IMG/VR virus record: IMGVR_UViG_3300005529_000039 | Location: 1-61,333 of that record | DNA from: a virus | Lineage: Duplodnaviria > Caudoviricetes | DNA: 61,333 nucleotides | Direction: 5' to 3' (one strand) | Part shown: positions 46,101 to 56,100 of the stretch, one piece after another | Numbering within the stretch: position 1 is the first letter of the stretch | How the letters are laid out: every line of letters starts with the position of its first letter | Notes under the pieces: generated by a model | Seen by the model: the letters and a program-made list of their open reading frames with translations, nothing else | What the model was told of the DNA's origin: nothing | Databases searched by the model: none | Made by a program: the position numbers and the translations under genes

Positions 46101-46441
46101 ATGACGACAACGGCGTAGGCATCGATTCCAGATATAGGCCAGCCTTCGCCAAAGACCCTGCGGGACGCCGCTTGCTGTTCGTTGGCTTTACCGGGCGAGG
46201 AATGGGCAAAGGTCAAATGCTGGTCAAGCCAATCTCTGGCGACCCGGACTTCGATCCTTACATTAGCCAGAAGAGCATTGCGATGGGTGATGGCACCAAA
46301 GTGGTTGATTTTGCCAGCAGCCTGAAGATTCCGAAGCCTAGACTGGCGCTTGAATTTTCTAATGGCTCGGTACCAGGCGCGTGGTTCGCGCTGCACGAGG
46401 TGGTGAAGTACTACCGCCCCATCGGAGTGGCGGCGAAGTGA
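43142..46441 (+). CDS. Tail nozzle/packaged-DNA stabilisation protein (P22 gp10/T7 gp12-like) with inserted domains
   Basis: GGL..LP.G....AQNV.Y..RTRDG N-terminus, ~1100 aa. The RBS points to ATC 43142, and the track start is 43190. Confidence 0.7.
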   Translation: MNFEGFLPWKILRLGGLVDWDDPTQLPNGVAIVAQNVQYQAESVRTRDGFRHTMSYGLPGEGYGDLGYGDGGYGDSFVTGLDVLRVLNADVSWASVIFTSDGHLLTEDPPGSGTLVSIAASSILGSIPFPANASMLTAKAFNRIYMTFSDLKTGMGIPAVLDGPSGNVSPISQNPIGMPWTPDLYAQVGDLVKPPSAGGRWFRCITPGIMQPQEPTWPLLDGYFTVVNGTEVFNPPMATDGVTQWEEWTPAAPSQIPLPQIPVSVTDNPGGGTIAAGNDIYVRLSFIHPNVSSTPWQQAVTFLNTGANDAITLQFQNSSDVPYFGQGGPRVPRWMSQVVLHPEVFQTSIQLQVWVASVAHGNPPPTQYGLFATVDIDAPVVITSVPVATQAAPSADTAAPILLTVFKGESGIRQMIIVRYDQNGQPSPVDPGSPIPISFTSHGPIPVAFLPPGAGNDGLDTAAFTVAGQGPAGPYLFLDEPDPLQPFATGIQSISRTGGTTTAVVNDASGLAAGDVVFLADNVVVRPAIRLLDSPNGAVTTDRVIILNPPDPPFFHGSTTIFYTTATYGTKTPHGLSVNDKVTISGVANGIFNLSGTVLAVIDATHFKVSLFSSSFAQSGGGSATPTSGAAFDTSFVGEFTLATVDLISNQVTWAQVGQPNAAPVGPFPTVTIFLQQTLPTQAQAGTVAIPLNFDDTSLASATQNDVTEQLNCIVLPPCIDIAYLPSTQRMVYTSDQEPAGLIFSEENFPGVIDGENAILTIDISNGGIVVGARETRNGQIVGFKSNGGYAITPSGDNPAEWGVTRLWGERGPASGRAIASSRGGSAAESFLIFADPENGLHRYPGTNTPLDWLSQELKSRRPGQLSTWDRVNRQAAEQIWVVIDEDQKEIKVGVPLDGATSPSHILTMSYGNGWDPPLMMTMTGEWIESRTSRRWSLDPIPTYCAQAVDRTLQTPVDPRVDTRQILFGMAGGTGGNFVDFQVPNVYDDNGVGIDSRYRPAFAKDPAGRRLLFVGFTGRGMGKGQMLVKPISGDPDFDPYISQKSIAMGDGTKVVDFASSLKIPKPRLALEFSNGSVPGAWFALHEVVKYYRPIGVAAK

Positions 46442-46896
46442 CGGTGCGCCGACCGCAAACCTCGCTTGATTTTTTCACCAACCAAGATCAGCAAGCGGTA
46501 ATTCGCGAGATCAGAGACCGGCTGAATGATCTTGAAAAAGTTACCGGCAGCGGGAGTTTCAGCCCAAAAGGCAGGAGAGCGCCACTCCCGCCGCGACCGC
46601 AGTTGAGCGTGTCGACGGATGTGATCACCGCTCCGGGGCACTTTCTGGTCGAGATCACAAACCCAGAGTATAGCGGCGTGAATCCGCAAAACCGGGCAGT
46701 TACTCCTATCATCCACAAACTTGAAACCAGTACGAGTCAGGATTTTTCAAGCGACGTGAAGACCTATCCACCAGGAGTACAGACGCACTACACCATCACC
46801 GAATTTGGCAGTTCGTTGCGTTATTTTCGCGTGAGTTCGAGCTTTGACGGTAAGAACTTTACTCAGCCCGTTCCTTTAGGGCCATTCCAAAGCTAA
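46438..46896 (+). CDS. Tail-associated protein
   Basis: Coupled to the nozzle gene. Confidence 0.65.
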   Translation: MTVRRPQTSLDFFTNQDQQAVIREIRDRLNDLEKVTGSGSFSPKGRRAPLPPRPQLSVSTDVITAPGHFLVEITNPEYSGVNPQNRAVTPIIHKLETSTSQDFSSDVKTYPPGVQTHYTITEFGSSLRYFRVSSSFDGKNFTQPVPLGPFQS

Positions 46897-47330
46897 TGCA
46901 GAGCGAAGCGAATTGGGATTTGTACCGCCCGGAAGACGCGGACGCCGTACGCGCGCACCACGAAGAGCAGGAGCGGCGCATCGGGCGCAAGATGGATTTG
47001 CCGGATTTGAATGAGAAGCCAGTATTACTCGCGCTGGTGCGCAGGGTCGGAAACGAGATCAGCCATGTGATCTACCTCGAAGCCGAGGCAGAAGTCTGCG
47101 CACTTGGCCGCGGCACGATTCCCGAGGATGAATGGGACAAGCTTGCGGCGGCGCTCACCTCATTCCTGATGAGGCGAAAGATTCGCATCGCGCGGGCCTT
47201 TATTCCCGAGACCATGCTTGAGGTGGAACGCGGCGCAAAGCGGAGAACTAGTCCGCTAGGGAAGGCCCTGAAGCGCGTAGGACTCAAACGCGATCGCGGC
47301 ATGGCAATGTTTTTTCGTTGGTTGATCTGA
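46896..47330 (+). CDS. Hypothetical protein (possible GNAT-like fold)
   Basis: Occupies the slot before the ejection genes. ALKRVGL motif. Confidence 0.6.
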   Translation: MQSEANWDLYRPEDADAVRAHHEEQERRIGRKMDLPDLNEKPVLLALVRRVGNEISHVIYLEAEAEVCALGRGTIPEDEWDKLAAALTSFLMRRKIRIARAFIPETMLEVERGAKRRTSPLGKALKRVGLKRDRGMAMFFRWLI

Positions 47331-47343
47331 CAAGGAGGACGCT

Positions 47344-48381
47344 TTGGCCAGAACCGGACAAGACGAAAGCTCACAAGCGAACAAGATCAACCAGCAGGAA
47401 AAGGAACAAGCCTACGCTACCGGGCAGAAGGCAGTCGGTGAAGCCCAGGGCAACCTCACCAAGCTGATGACCACGGGCAGAGTGGGCACGAACCCGTGGA
47501 CCAATCCCGATTACTTGGCCAATGAAAACAAGCTGCAATCAGAAGCCGTCGATCAGAATTACAACTCTGCCAAGGCCGCAATCAATCGCGCCAACACCTC
47601 GACGGGTGGACTAAATGGGTCAGTGGCTGCGCTGACCACGCGCGATCTCGGACTACAGAGCGCAAGGCTGGCCGACCAGTTGACTGCAGAGCGCGCGGCC
47701 ACCGATTACGACAAGAACGTTGGCTACCAGCAAAACCTAGCCACCATGCCACTAGGAATCGCAAGCGCCGAAAGCCCGTACTTCGGAACCGCAACAACAG
47801 GTCAGGATTCCGCACTCGGCAATCTGACCCAGTTCGGACTGGCCAGTTACGGACCGTGGATGGCGGCAATTCAGGCTGCAGGCGGTGCAGCCAGCGCAGC
47901 AATTCCCATGTGCCCAGCCAGAGGCTCACTGATACTTATGGCCGACGGCTCAGAAAAGCCAGTTGAGCAAGTCCGTGAAGGGGATCACATCCGTGGCTTT
48001 GAGGACGGACCTTTAACGGTCACACACGTGGAATCAGTGGAAGTTCCCCTGCTCAGACTGACAACTTCGGACGGCTGTTCGGTAACCTGCTCCACCTCCC
48101 ATACCTTGATTGGTGCCGGTAAACCGTTCGTTGTGGCCTTTGAATCGCTGGGTCAAAAAGTACAAACCAAGCACGGACATGGCCATGTTTCCTCACTCGA
48201 ACTGTGCGGCACTGGAGCTGTGTTCGATCTGCAAACCGACGGAAAGCACAGTTACCGTGCGGATGGATTGTGGGCGCTTGGGGTTGGAGACATACCGTCA
48301 GACTTGTACCTGAAGAGAGCCGACGTGACGAAGCGCTTGGCGGAATTCGAGGAAGTCAATTCTGCACTGGAGGTTCTCTAA
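47344..48381 (+). CDS. DNA ejection/pilot protein with C-terminal Hint domain
   Basis: A/Q/G-rich helices, then CPARGSLILMADGSEKPVEQVREGD..STSH..VFDLQTDGKHSYRADG. Confidence 0.8.
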   Translation: MARTGQDESSQANKINQQEKEQAYATGQKAVGEAQGNLTKLMTTGRVGTNPWTNPDYLANENKLQSEAVDQNYNSAKAAINRANTSTGGLNGSVAALTTRDLGLQSARLADQLTAERAATDYDKNVGYQQNLATMPLGIASAESPYFGTATTGQDSALGNLTQFGLASYGPWMAAIQAAGGAASAAIPMCPARGSLILMADGSEKPVEQVREGDHIRGFEDGPLTVTHVESVEVPLLRLTTSDGCSVTCSTSHTLIGAGKPFVVAFESLGQKVQTKHGHGHVSSLELCGTGAVFDLQTDGKHSYRADGLWALGVGDIPSDLYLKRADVTKRLAEFEEVNSALEVL

Positions 48382-49737
48382 ATGGGCGCCGGAATGCCAG
48401 CCATTCCCCCACAGTTAGCTGCATTGTTTGCCCAGCGGGCAATGCAGCAGGGAGCGCAACCGCCAACCCCAGCGACACCTCCGCCTTCGCTCAACCCTTC
48501 GCCGATGCGGAATGTGTTTGGCATGCCGCAGGGCGTGGGTATGTTCCAGAAACCGCAGACTCCGCAGGCACCAGCTACACCTCCACCGTCGGATGATCCT
48601 GGCGTGACCGGGAATTCCCCGTCGCTTCCGAGCGTTCCCGACATGAGCGCGCTTTCCGCCGAACGGCAAAAGGTGTCGGACATTGAAAATAAAATTGCTG
48701 GCATCAAGCAGCCGATGCCAGAAGATTACAAGCCGAGCATCTGGCGCAGATTGCTTTCGATTCCAATCGCCGCCGCTGCCGGGTTGAATAATCCTGCTGC
48801 TGGCGCGCAAGCTTCCGACAACATTCTGTATGGCCGGTACCATCAAGCGCAGAATCAATATCAAGCGCAAATCTCACCGCTACAGCGACAACTGGAGTAC
48901 GAACGCACGGTCGGCGTACCCATGGCGCAGTCCGAAGCCGAGCTCGCGCAACGCAACTTCGAAAACAAATTGAACCTCGCCAAGGAGAACCGCGAGGAAA
49001 CTGCCTTCCAGAATGAAACTGGCGACAAAGTATTTCAGGAAACCGGATCAGACGGAAAAATTCACTACTACCAGACGACCAAAGGCGGAGTGAAGCGCGA
49101 AGTGCCTGAACCGCGCGAACAGGCCGAAGATCGCCGGAGACGCGAAGAAGATGCCAACAGTCCCGCGCCGAACGCAAGACCAGAGCCAGACCCGGCGAAC
49201 AAAGGCCAGTGGCGCATCCGGACAAAAGCGGGTGGTTACATTCCCTACACGCCGAAGTCCATCGACGAAGGAGCAATGCTTGGCGACAAGCGCGCAACCG
49301 CTCTCTTCGGCGAAGAGCATCGCGACAAATCCAAGGAAAACGTAGATGCCAACGGATATACCCCTTCCGAACAACGAGAGATCACCCAGCGCACACGCCG
49401 GTTCAATGCCCAGATCGACGCCCTGAATAAACAACGAGCGCCGCTCTCGATGCTGCCTGACAGCCCAGCCACCAAGAAGATGTTGGCCAATATCGACACT
49501 CAGCTCGACTCGCTCTACAAGCAGGTGGATGCAGTTGAAAACGAAGTTACCAGTCGACGGGCAGCCAAAGGCGGACACGGCCAAGCGCAACCAGCAGGTG
49601 GAACATTCCAGATTCCCGCCGGCGCACCGCCGGCAAAAGGCGTACCCGATGGCCACACGCTGAAGATGAACGGGAAAATTATCGCGGTCGCGAAAGGCGG
49701 CCAATGGACCGCACCAAATTCTGGAGGACAACCATAA
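48382..49737 (+). CDS. Ejection protein
   Basis: P/Q/A-rich, coiled coil, position in the module. Confidence 0.7.
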   Translation: MGAGMPAIPPQLAALFAQRAMQQGAQPPTPATPPPSLNPSPMRNVFGMPQGVGMFQKPQTPQAPATPPPSDDPGVTGNSPSLPSVPDMSALSAERQKVSDIENKIAGIKQPMPEDYKPSIWRRLLSIPIAAAAGLNNPAAGAQASDNILYGRYHQAQNQYQAQISPLQRQLEYERTVGVPMAQSEAELAQRNFENKLNLAKENREETAFQNETGDKVFQETGSDGKIHYYQTTKGGVKREVPEPREQAEDRRRREEDANSPAPNARPEPDPANKGQWRIRTKAGGYIPYTPKSIDEGAMLGDKRATALFGEEHRDKSKENVDANGYTPSEQREITQRTRRFNAQIDALNKQRAPLSMLPDSPATKKMLANIDTQLDSLYKQVDAVENEVTSRRAAKGGHGQAQPAGGTFQIPAGAPPAKGVPDGHTLKMNGKIIAVAKGGQWTAPNSGGQP

Positions 49738-50166
49738 ATGCAACCAACTGAAATCGGCAGAAACGTTACCCTGGTTCGCTATGAGCCAGGAGACAAAAAT
49801 AAACCCGGCGCAAGCGTTGAGTACCAAGGCATCGTACTTGGCGCACAGCGGGTCAACAACTCACCCTTTCCCCATTTACACATTGCGTTCCTTGATCCGA
49901 AGCGCAGCGGAGTCTTGAATGGCGCGAACTGGCGCCACGCTTTTGATCGCCATTTTGCCGTGCCCCACGAGACTCAGATCAAGAACGAGCCGTTCTACTA
50001 TCGCTTCGACACAGACGAATTGCAGGCGGAGAAAGATCACCTGCAAGAGACGGTGCACGGACTGGAGATGCAACTAGCGGCGCTTGCACCCAAACCATCA
50101 GCCGAAGATTTGGACGCTACCGCGGCTGACGAGAAAGCCAAAGAAGCCACCGCTACCCAGCAGTAG
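49738..50166 (+). CDS. Hypothetical protein
   Basis: GGAGG RBS. Confidence 0.7.
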   Translation: MQPTEIGRNVTLVRYEPGDKNKPGASVEYQGIVLGAQRVNNSPFPHLHIAFLDPKRSGVLNGANWRHAFDRHFAVPHETQIKNEPFYYRFDTDELQAEKDHLQETVHGLEMQLAALAPKPSAEDLDATAADEKAKEATATQQ

Positions 50167-50175
50167 TCCTACCCT

Positions 50176-53100
50176 ATGGGCGGATCGCCAGCCACTCCCA
50201 AATTTGAAATCTCTGCGCCGGAGTTTGAGATCACGGCAGCAGATGGCACGCCTGATCTGCGTCCCGAGGTGGAAGCGGCGATCCGCAAAGTCCCGATTCC
50301 CCGCCCCGACTACATGCAGACAGAATCTCTCCTGCCAAAGTGGCTGGCAGGAACGCCTGCACCGACTGCGGTCTCTCCTGAAGCGCAGCAACTCGAACGC
50401 GACGTCACCCAGTCCGCTCCAAAGCAACGCCCCAGCGCTTCGGCCCTAGCTGCGACCGCAGCGGAACTTTTCACTAATCCCGATGTCGATTCAGTTGGCA
50501 CTGAACCCGGAGTTGGCAAACGAGTAGAACGTGGACTCAAGCAAGTAGCCATCCCAGGACAGCGCGGCACCGGTGCGCTCAATCTGGCCGCCGCTGGAAC
50601 CGAAGCCCTAACCCCATTCATGGGGCCAGCGGCAATTGAAAACCCCGTCTCAATCGCTAAAGGACTGGCCGAAGGCACTGTAGCCTCAAAAGGAGTTGGA
50701 TACGGTGCAAGGAAGCTAGGGGCAACACCTGAGCAGCAATCGGCTGCGGAAGATTTGGCCTTCTGGATGCCTGGGGTTGCACGGTCGGTACTCGGCCCGA
50801 AGGCCAGTCTTGTCTCGACTCCAGAAGTCAAAGGTGGCACAGTTGGCGTGCGCGGTGCGGGCGCTGCGGTTGCGGTCACCCCGGAAGGAGTAAGGCTGGG
50901 CGGAAGACTCGGTCCCCTGCGCGGATCGGTCAGCATCCCCAGAAACGTAGCCCCTGCTCCGGCTGGACTTGAACCGCCAACCATCGAAGGTAGTCAAGTA
51001 GCGGTCGATCCCGCCTCCCAGGCCTTAGCCCAGCACGAAATCATCCAGCAGCGCGCGGCCCGGGTAGCCCAGGGCATGCCGCCAGTAGAACCTCAGCCTG
51101 CTACACCTGCCTCGCCAAAGGTCACGGAAATCACACAGAATGACATTACACGCGTCGCGGAGATCATTTCTAAGCTTCTCCCTAACCTGCGGTCTCAGGG
51201 CATGCTGGAAGCCCACCAAACGATGGCCCGGATACTTCAGGAGAATGGCCGGGTCATTGGACCTGACGGGAAGCTGTTGGTAATCGATTCACCCAAGGCA
51301 GCCGAGAAAGCTGCGGCCCAAATGGTCAATGACGAAGTGGAACGTCAGGACAAGCTTGCAGAGGAGGCGGCCAAGGGGAGGACGCCTTCTTCCAGCGAGA
51401 AGGGAGCGGCCCAGGCTGGCGTCGCTCCCTCTAAACGTCCAACCAGAGCACAAGCCCGAGCAGTTGAACAAAAGACATTCGAGGTAGCGGCGCCAGAGCC
51501 AAAATTTGAGATTGCAGCCCCAGAGAAGGCGGAAGTAGAATCCAGCGATGGAGCAACTGTACCTGTATCGGTGGAACCGCATGGGCAGGAAGGGGCAAAT
51601 CTGCCGGGTGCTGGCGCGGGGCAGCATGAACAGTTGCTTGGTGGAGTTTCTGAACGACAAGCACAGGGCAGTAACCAGCCGCAACGCGCTGAAGAAGTAC
51701 GGGGTGCTGGTACCGGCGGAGCCGACACACATCCTGCGAATCTTCCAGGGGGGATCGCCGGGAGCGATGAAGGCAGCGCGAACCCCGCCAACAGCCTACA
51801 GAAGGCAGGATTCGTAAAAGGCCAGCAAGTCCGCTTCTCGAAAGACTTCCCGGTCCGCAAAGGCCAGAACCAAGAAGTAGCCGAAACCATTCCCCAAGGA
51901 ACTACTGCATTCGTAGAACATGCCGGCGAAGGCATGAACTTTGTACGCTTGCGCCTGCCTGACGGGAGAAAACTGTCGGTCAATCAGAGAGCGATCGAGC
52001 AGGTGCCGGAAGGTTCGGTAAATCCGCCAAAGGCTTCCGGCGTCGAACCCGGGCAAGTTGGTTCGATGAAACTCTCCGACCTGAAACTTGCGCCCAACCG
52101 CTTCCAGTACAAACTGGGTACCGACGCCGAAGGCGTTTCTTCCCTGCTCAAAGAACAGGACCAATTCAAGCCTGACTTGGCGGGTGTGGTCTCGGTATGG
52201 CGTGATCCGCAAGACGGCAAGGTGTATGTGATCAACGGGCACCATCGGTTTGAACTGGCCAAACGTACCGGACAAAAAGAAATTGCCGTGCGCCACATTG
52301 TCGCCCCGACCGCAGAGCGCGCACGCTCGATTGGAGCCTTACAGAACATTGCCGAGGGCCGAGGCACGCCGGTAGATGCAGCCAAATTCTTTCGCGATAC
52401 GGGGATGACGCCAGAGAAGATCAAAGACGAAGGCATCTCACTCGGCGAAGCTACTGTGCGCCAAGGCCACGCACTCTCGCGCCTCGATACTCCGTTATTC
52501 AATAAAGTTGTATCCGGCGATCTGAGACCAGGTCGAGCAGTGGCCATCGGCGAAGCCACCAATGATCCGGCTGAGCAAAAAGCCATTCTCAACCTGGTGG
52601 ACAAAAAAGAAGCTCGCGGCCAGAAAATATCCGATGGGGTGCTTTCGGAGTTGATCCGCTTCGTCAAAGAGTCCGGACGGGAAAAAGAGACCACCGCCGA
52701 CCTGTTTGGTTCGCAGGAGATTACAAAATCCCTGGCGCTTGAAAAAGCCGAGGTTTCCGACTACATCCGCCAGCAATTGGCCAAGGATCGCAAGTTGTTT
52801 GGCTTTGTCTCCAAAGAAGGCCGCGCCGAGGACCTGGCCCGGGCGGGCAATAAGATCGAAGTCGAGAAATCAAAGGAAATTTCTACTGGCGCTCAGCAGG
52901 CGGAAGAGGTCTATAATCGGCTGAGCGGTAAAGGCGGTGAGATCAGTGACATCCTCGACCAAGCAGCCCGAAGGCTCGCAGGAAAAGAAAACCCCGCCAC
53001 CGTCAAATCCGACGCATACAAATCCATCCGCGACGCCGTATCCAAAGCTCTCTCCGGAAGAACAGAAACAAGTACTCAAGGACGTGAAGGAGTATCTGGA

Positions 53101-56100
53101 CGCGGTGGAGAACAATCGCAAACTCCACTCACCCTCACCCACGTCGAAGAGCCACTAAATCTTGGCTTCTCGCTGATCTCTGACCGTTCTCCCGAAGCCT
53201 GGGCAAAGATCGCCAACTTTGCTTACGCCACGCCGGTTCGCGATGAAGGTATCAAGCCTTACGCCAAACTGACCACGCAAGGAATGTGGCTGGTCTCGCG
53301 CGCCCTGCGCCGCAACATTTTGGGTGCCAGCATCCCGGAGAAAAATGCAGAAGAGCTCTATTACGGGTTGAATGAAATCGCCGAAAAGGTGCGCCCCGTA
53401 GATCAAGCAGCGGCAGAAAATATCGAAAAACTCATCAAAGACCTGAAATCGGTTGAGCAACCGAAAACCGGAATCACGGTTGCGCCTGACCGTGGGCGGC
53501 TCAATGCCGAACAAGACCTGCGCATCCTGCACGAAGAACTGATCCACGCCGAACTGCAACACGCACCCGGCAAAGGCGTACTGGCCAAAGGTGTTCCGGC
53601 AGAGCTCATCAACGATCCTGGCATCCAGAAGATGAAGCCGCGCATTGACATGGAGACTCGCGCCGGCTACATCCCAGAAATCACCATTGCCGAAGGCTTT
53701 GCCGACATTGCCACCGGCACGCCCAACGAACTGAGCCCGGAAGAAGCCGAAGCAACCGCACGAAAGTACTACCAAGCCATTGCCGAGATGTATGGACCAG
53801 AAATTTTGGACAAGGCCCAACAGTTGCAAGATTATATTGATCGCTTGGCCGAGGAGCGGGATATAATCCCCGCTGGAGAGAAATTCAATGAGCGAGAAAA
53901 CGGCCCCGCCAGAAAAGCCCTCGCCGACACCAGAAGAGAAGTTATCGGCGATCAAGGAACAGTTCGCCGACGCGGAGACGAAACTGCGGAAAGCAGCGGC
54001 AGAACTGAAACAGGCGAAGGATCGGGACAAAGCCTCGAATCTTCTCCAGGAAGTGCACCGGCAAACCATGAGAATGTTCAGCTACGGAGCACAACTGGGG
54101 AAGCCGGACGCGGGACTGGATCTACTGAAAGAACTGCTACCGAACCAAAAGCTACCCTCGCCTCAAGCCAGCCCATCGGCCTGACCGACGAAGAACTTGA
54201 AACCTGGTCGAAGTCAAAATCCTTCCATGTCGAAGAAGCCGGCGAGCAGGCCAATCTGTTTGGCGAACCGCAGAAAATCTTTCGCGTCTCCCGCATCGTA
54301 GATGGCGAAAAACAAACTGGCCTGGTCTATGAAGACCAGCTGAAAGCTATTGAGCAGGATAAACACCCCGGCCAGGAATCGCTCTTCCACCGACTGCACA
54401 AAGACGAATCTGGCGAATTCGATACCGGACCAGTGGCAAAAGCTGCCGGAACCGTCTCTAGTTTCCTCAAGCAGGAACTTGAAGACACCCGCCGTGCGCG
54501 CGAACTACAGTGGGAGATGTACGACCTCGATAAACGCCACGAAGGTCGCGTGCTGCGCGCGAAACAGCTCTTAGAACGCTTGCAGGACGAAGGTGTAACC
54601 CAGGAAGACCGCAAAGCCATCGACGATCATCTGGACGCACTGGAGGCTGACTCTGATTCGGTTCCAGTTCCACCGCTTACTGCGAAGCAGGATGAGATTC
54701 TGGACAAGGTACTTCTTCCGCTCAAAGAAGAAGCCGAAGCTGCCTTCAAAAAGGTCACCGAAGGCGGGTTGACCATTCCCAACTACAATCCGCGCCAAAC
54801 CAAAGGCAAAGGCGGAATGCTCGACCGCTTCATTTCAAAGCAAGGGCAGCGCTGGAGCGGACGCGCCAACATGCTTTCGAAATCCATGCCTGCGACCAAG
54901 CATCGCGTCATGATGGCGCTTGAACTCGAGAACCCCTCGCGCCAAGGATCGCTGCTCTACAAAAAAGGCGACCGGCTGGTGGTCTCGCTCAACGGTGGAC
55001 AGGTCACGGCATGGAAGGATGGTCAGCCTGAAAACTTGGGCGGTATCTCCGTATCCGACGAAGGTCGTGTATTCGAAGACAAAGACGGCAACGTGTGGAC
55101 GCTGAAACAGGCCACGAAAAACGAGATTGAAAAAGACTCCGGCGTCCGCTACTACCACGATGCCGCAGCCTCAACTATCGTGAACTGGCTGCAGGCCAAG
55201 AAAGCCGAAGCCGCCTACGACTTCGTAGAAAACTTCAAACAGGCGCCGGAATTCAAAGACATCGCCATGCCCACCGGACAAGGTAACCCACCGAAGGGCT
55301 GGCGCACCACCAACCTGCCACAGTTCAAAGGCTATTACTTCGAACCTCACACCGCCGAAGTGTTTGACTGGTTTTTCGATCGCCTGAAATCTGGAGACCC
55401 GAACGCCTTCGATGCGCTGAATTCTTTCATGCGGGCAAAGATCCTGCTCAACCCCATCAAGCACCCGATCAATATCGGCGCGCACTGGATGGTCGAACGC
55501 GGCGCTTCTGGCTTTATGCCGCAGCGCATGTACCGGCTGGCAAAGACCGGTGCCCGGGCCATCAATGCGGTGTGGAACCAGAATCAGGATTACCTTGACG
55601 CCCTTGAGGCAGGAGCACCCTTGCAGTCGGCGCACGATGCTACCCGCGATCTGGTAAAGCTCTTCTATGAACAACTGGCCGATGCCTCAGAGAGAGGGGA
55701 ACCTTGGGCAACCAAGGCGGCGAAGGCTATTGGATTCCCGCCGACGACTCTAGTGCAGAAACTGCATACGCTCAGTTCCAAGATTGCCTGGCCGGCGAGC
55801 GACATGATGTTCCTGCAGGCAGCCTACGAGTATCAGGAAACCCATCCCAACACTTCGCTAAAAGACGCTTTTCGCGAAGTAGGCAGAATCATTCCAGAGT
55901 ACCGTCTGCCAGTCCGCATTCTCAACTCGACCGTCATGGGCAAAATTATGGCTTCGAAGTGGGGGACGATCTTCGGTTCCTATCACTATGGCGAACTGCG
56001 CGCATTCTCAGAGAGCGCAAAATCCGCCTTCGGTATGGGAGAGAAGGCACCCGGGAAACCGAAAGCAGGGGATGTGGCCAAAGGTTGGGACCGGCTGGCT

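Noticed and set aside
47900-48300. Canonical intein
   Set aside because: No terminal His-Asn/Cys-Ser-Thr junction and no endonuclease domain
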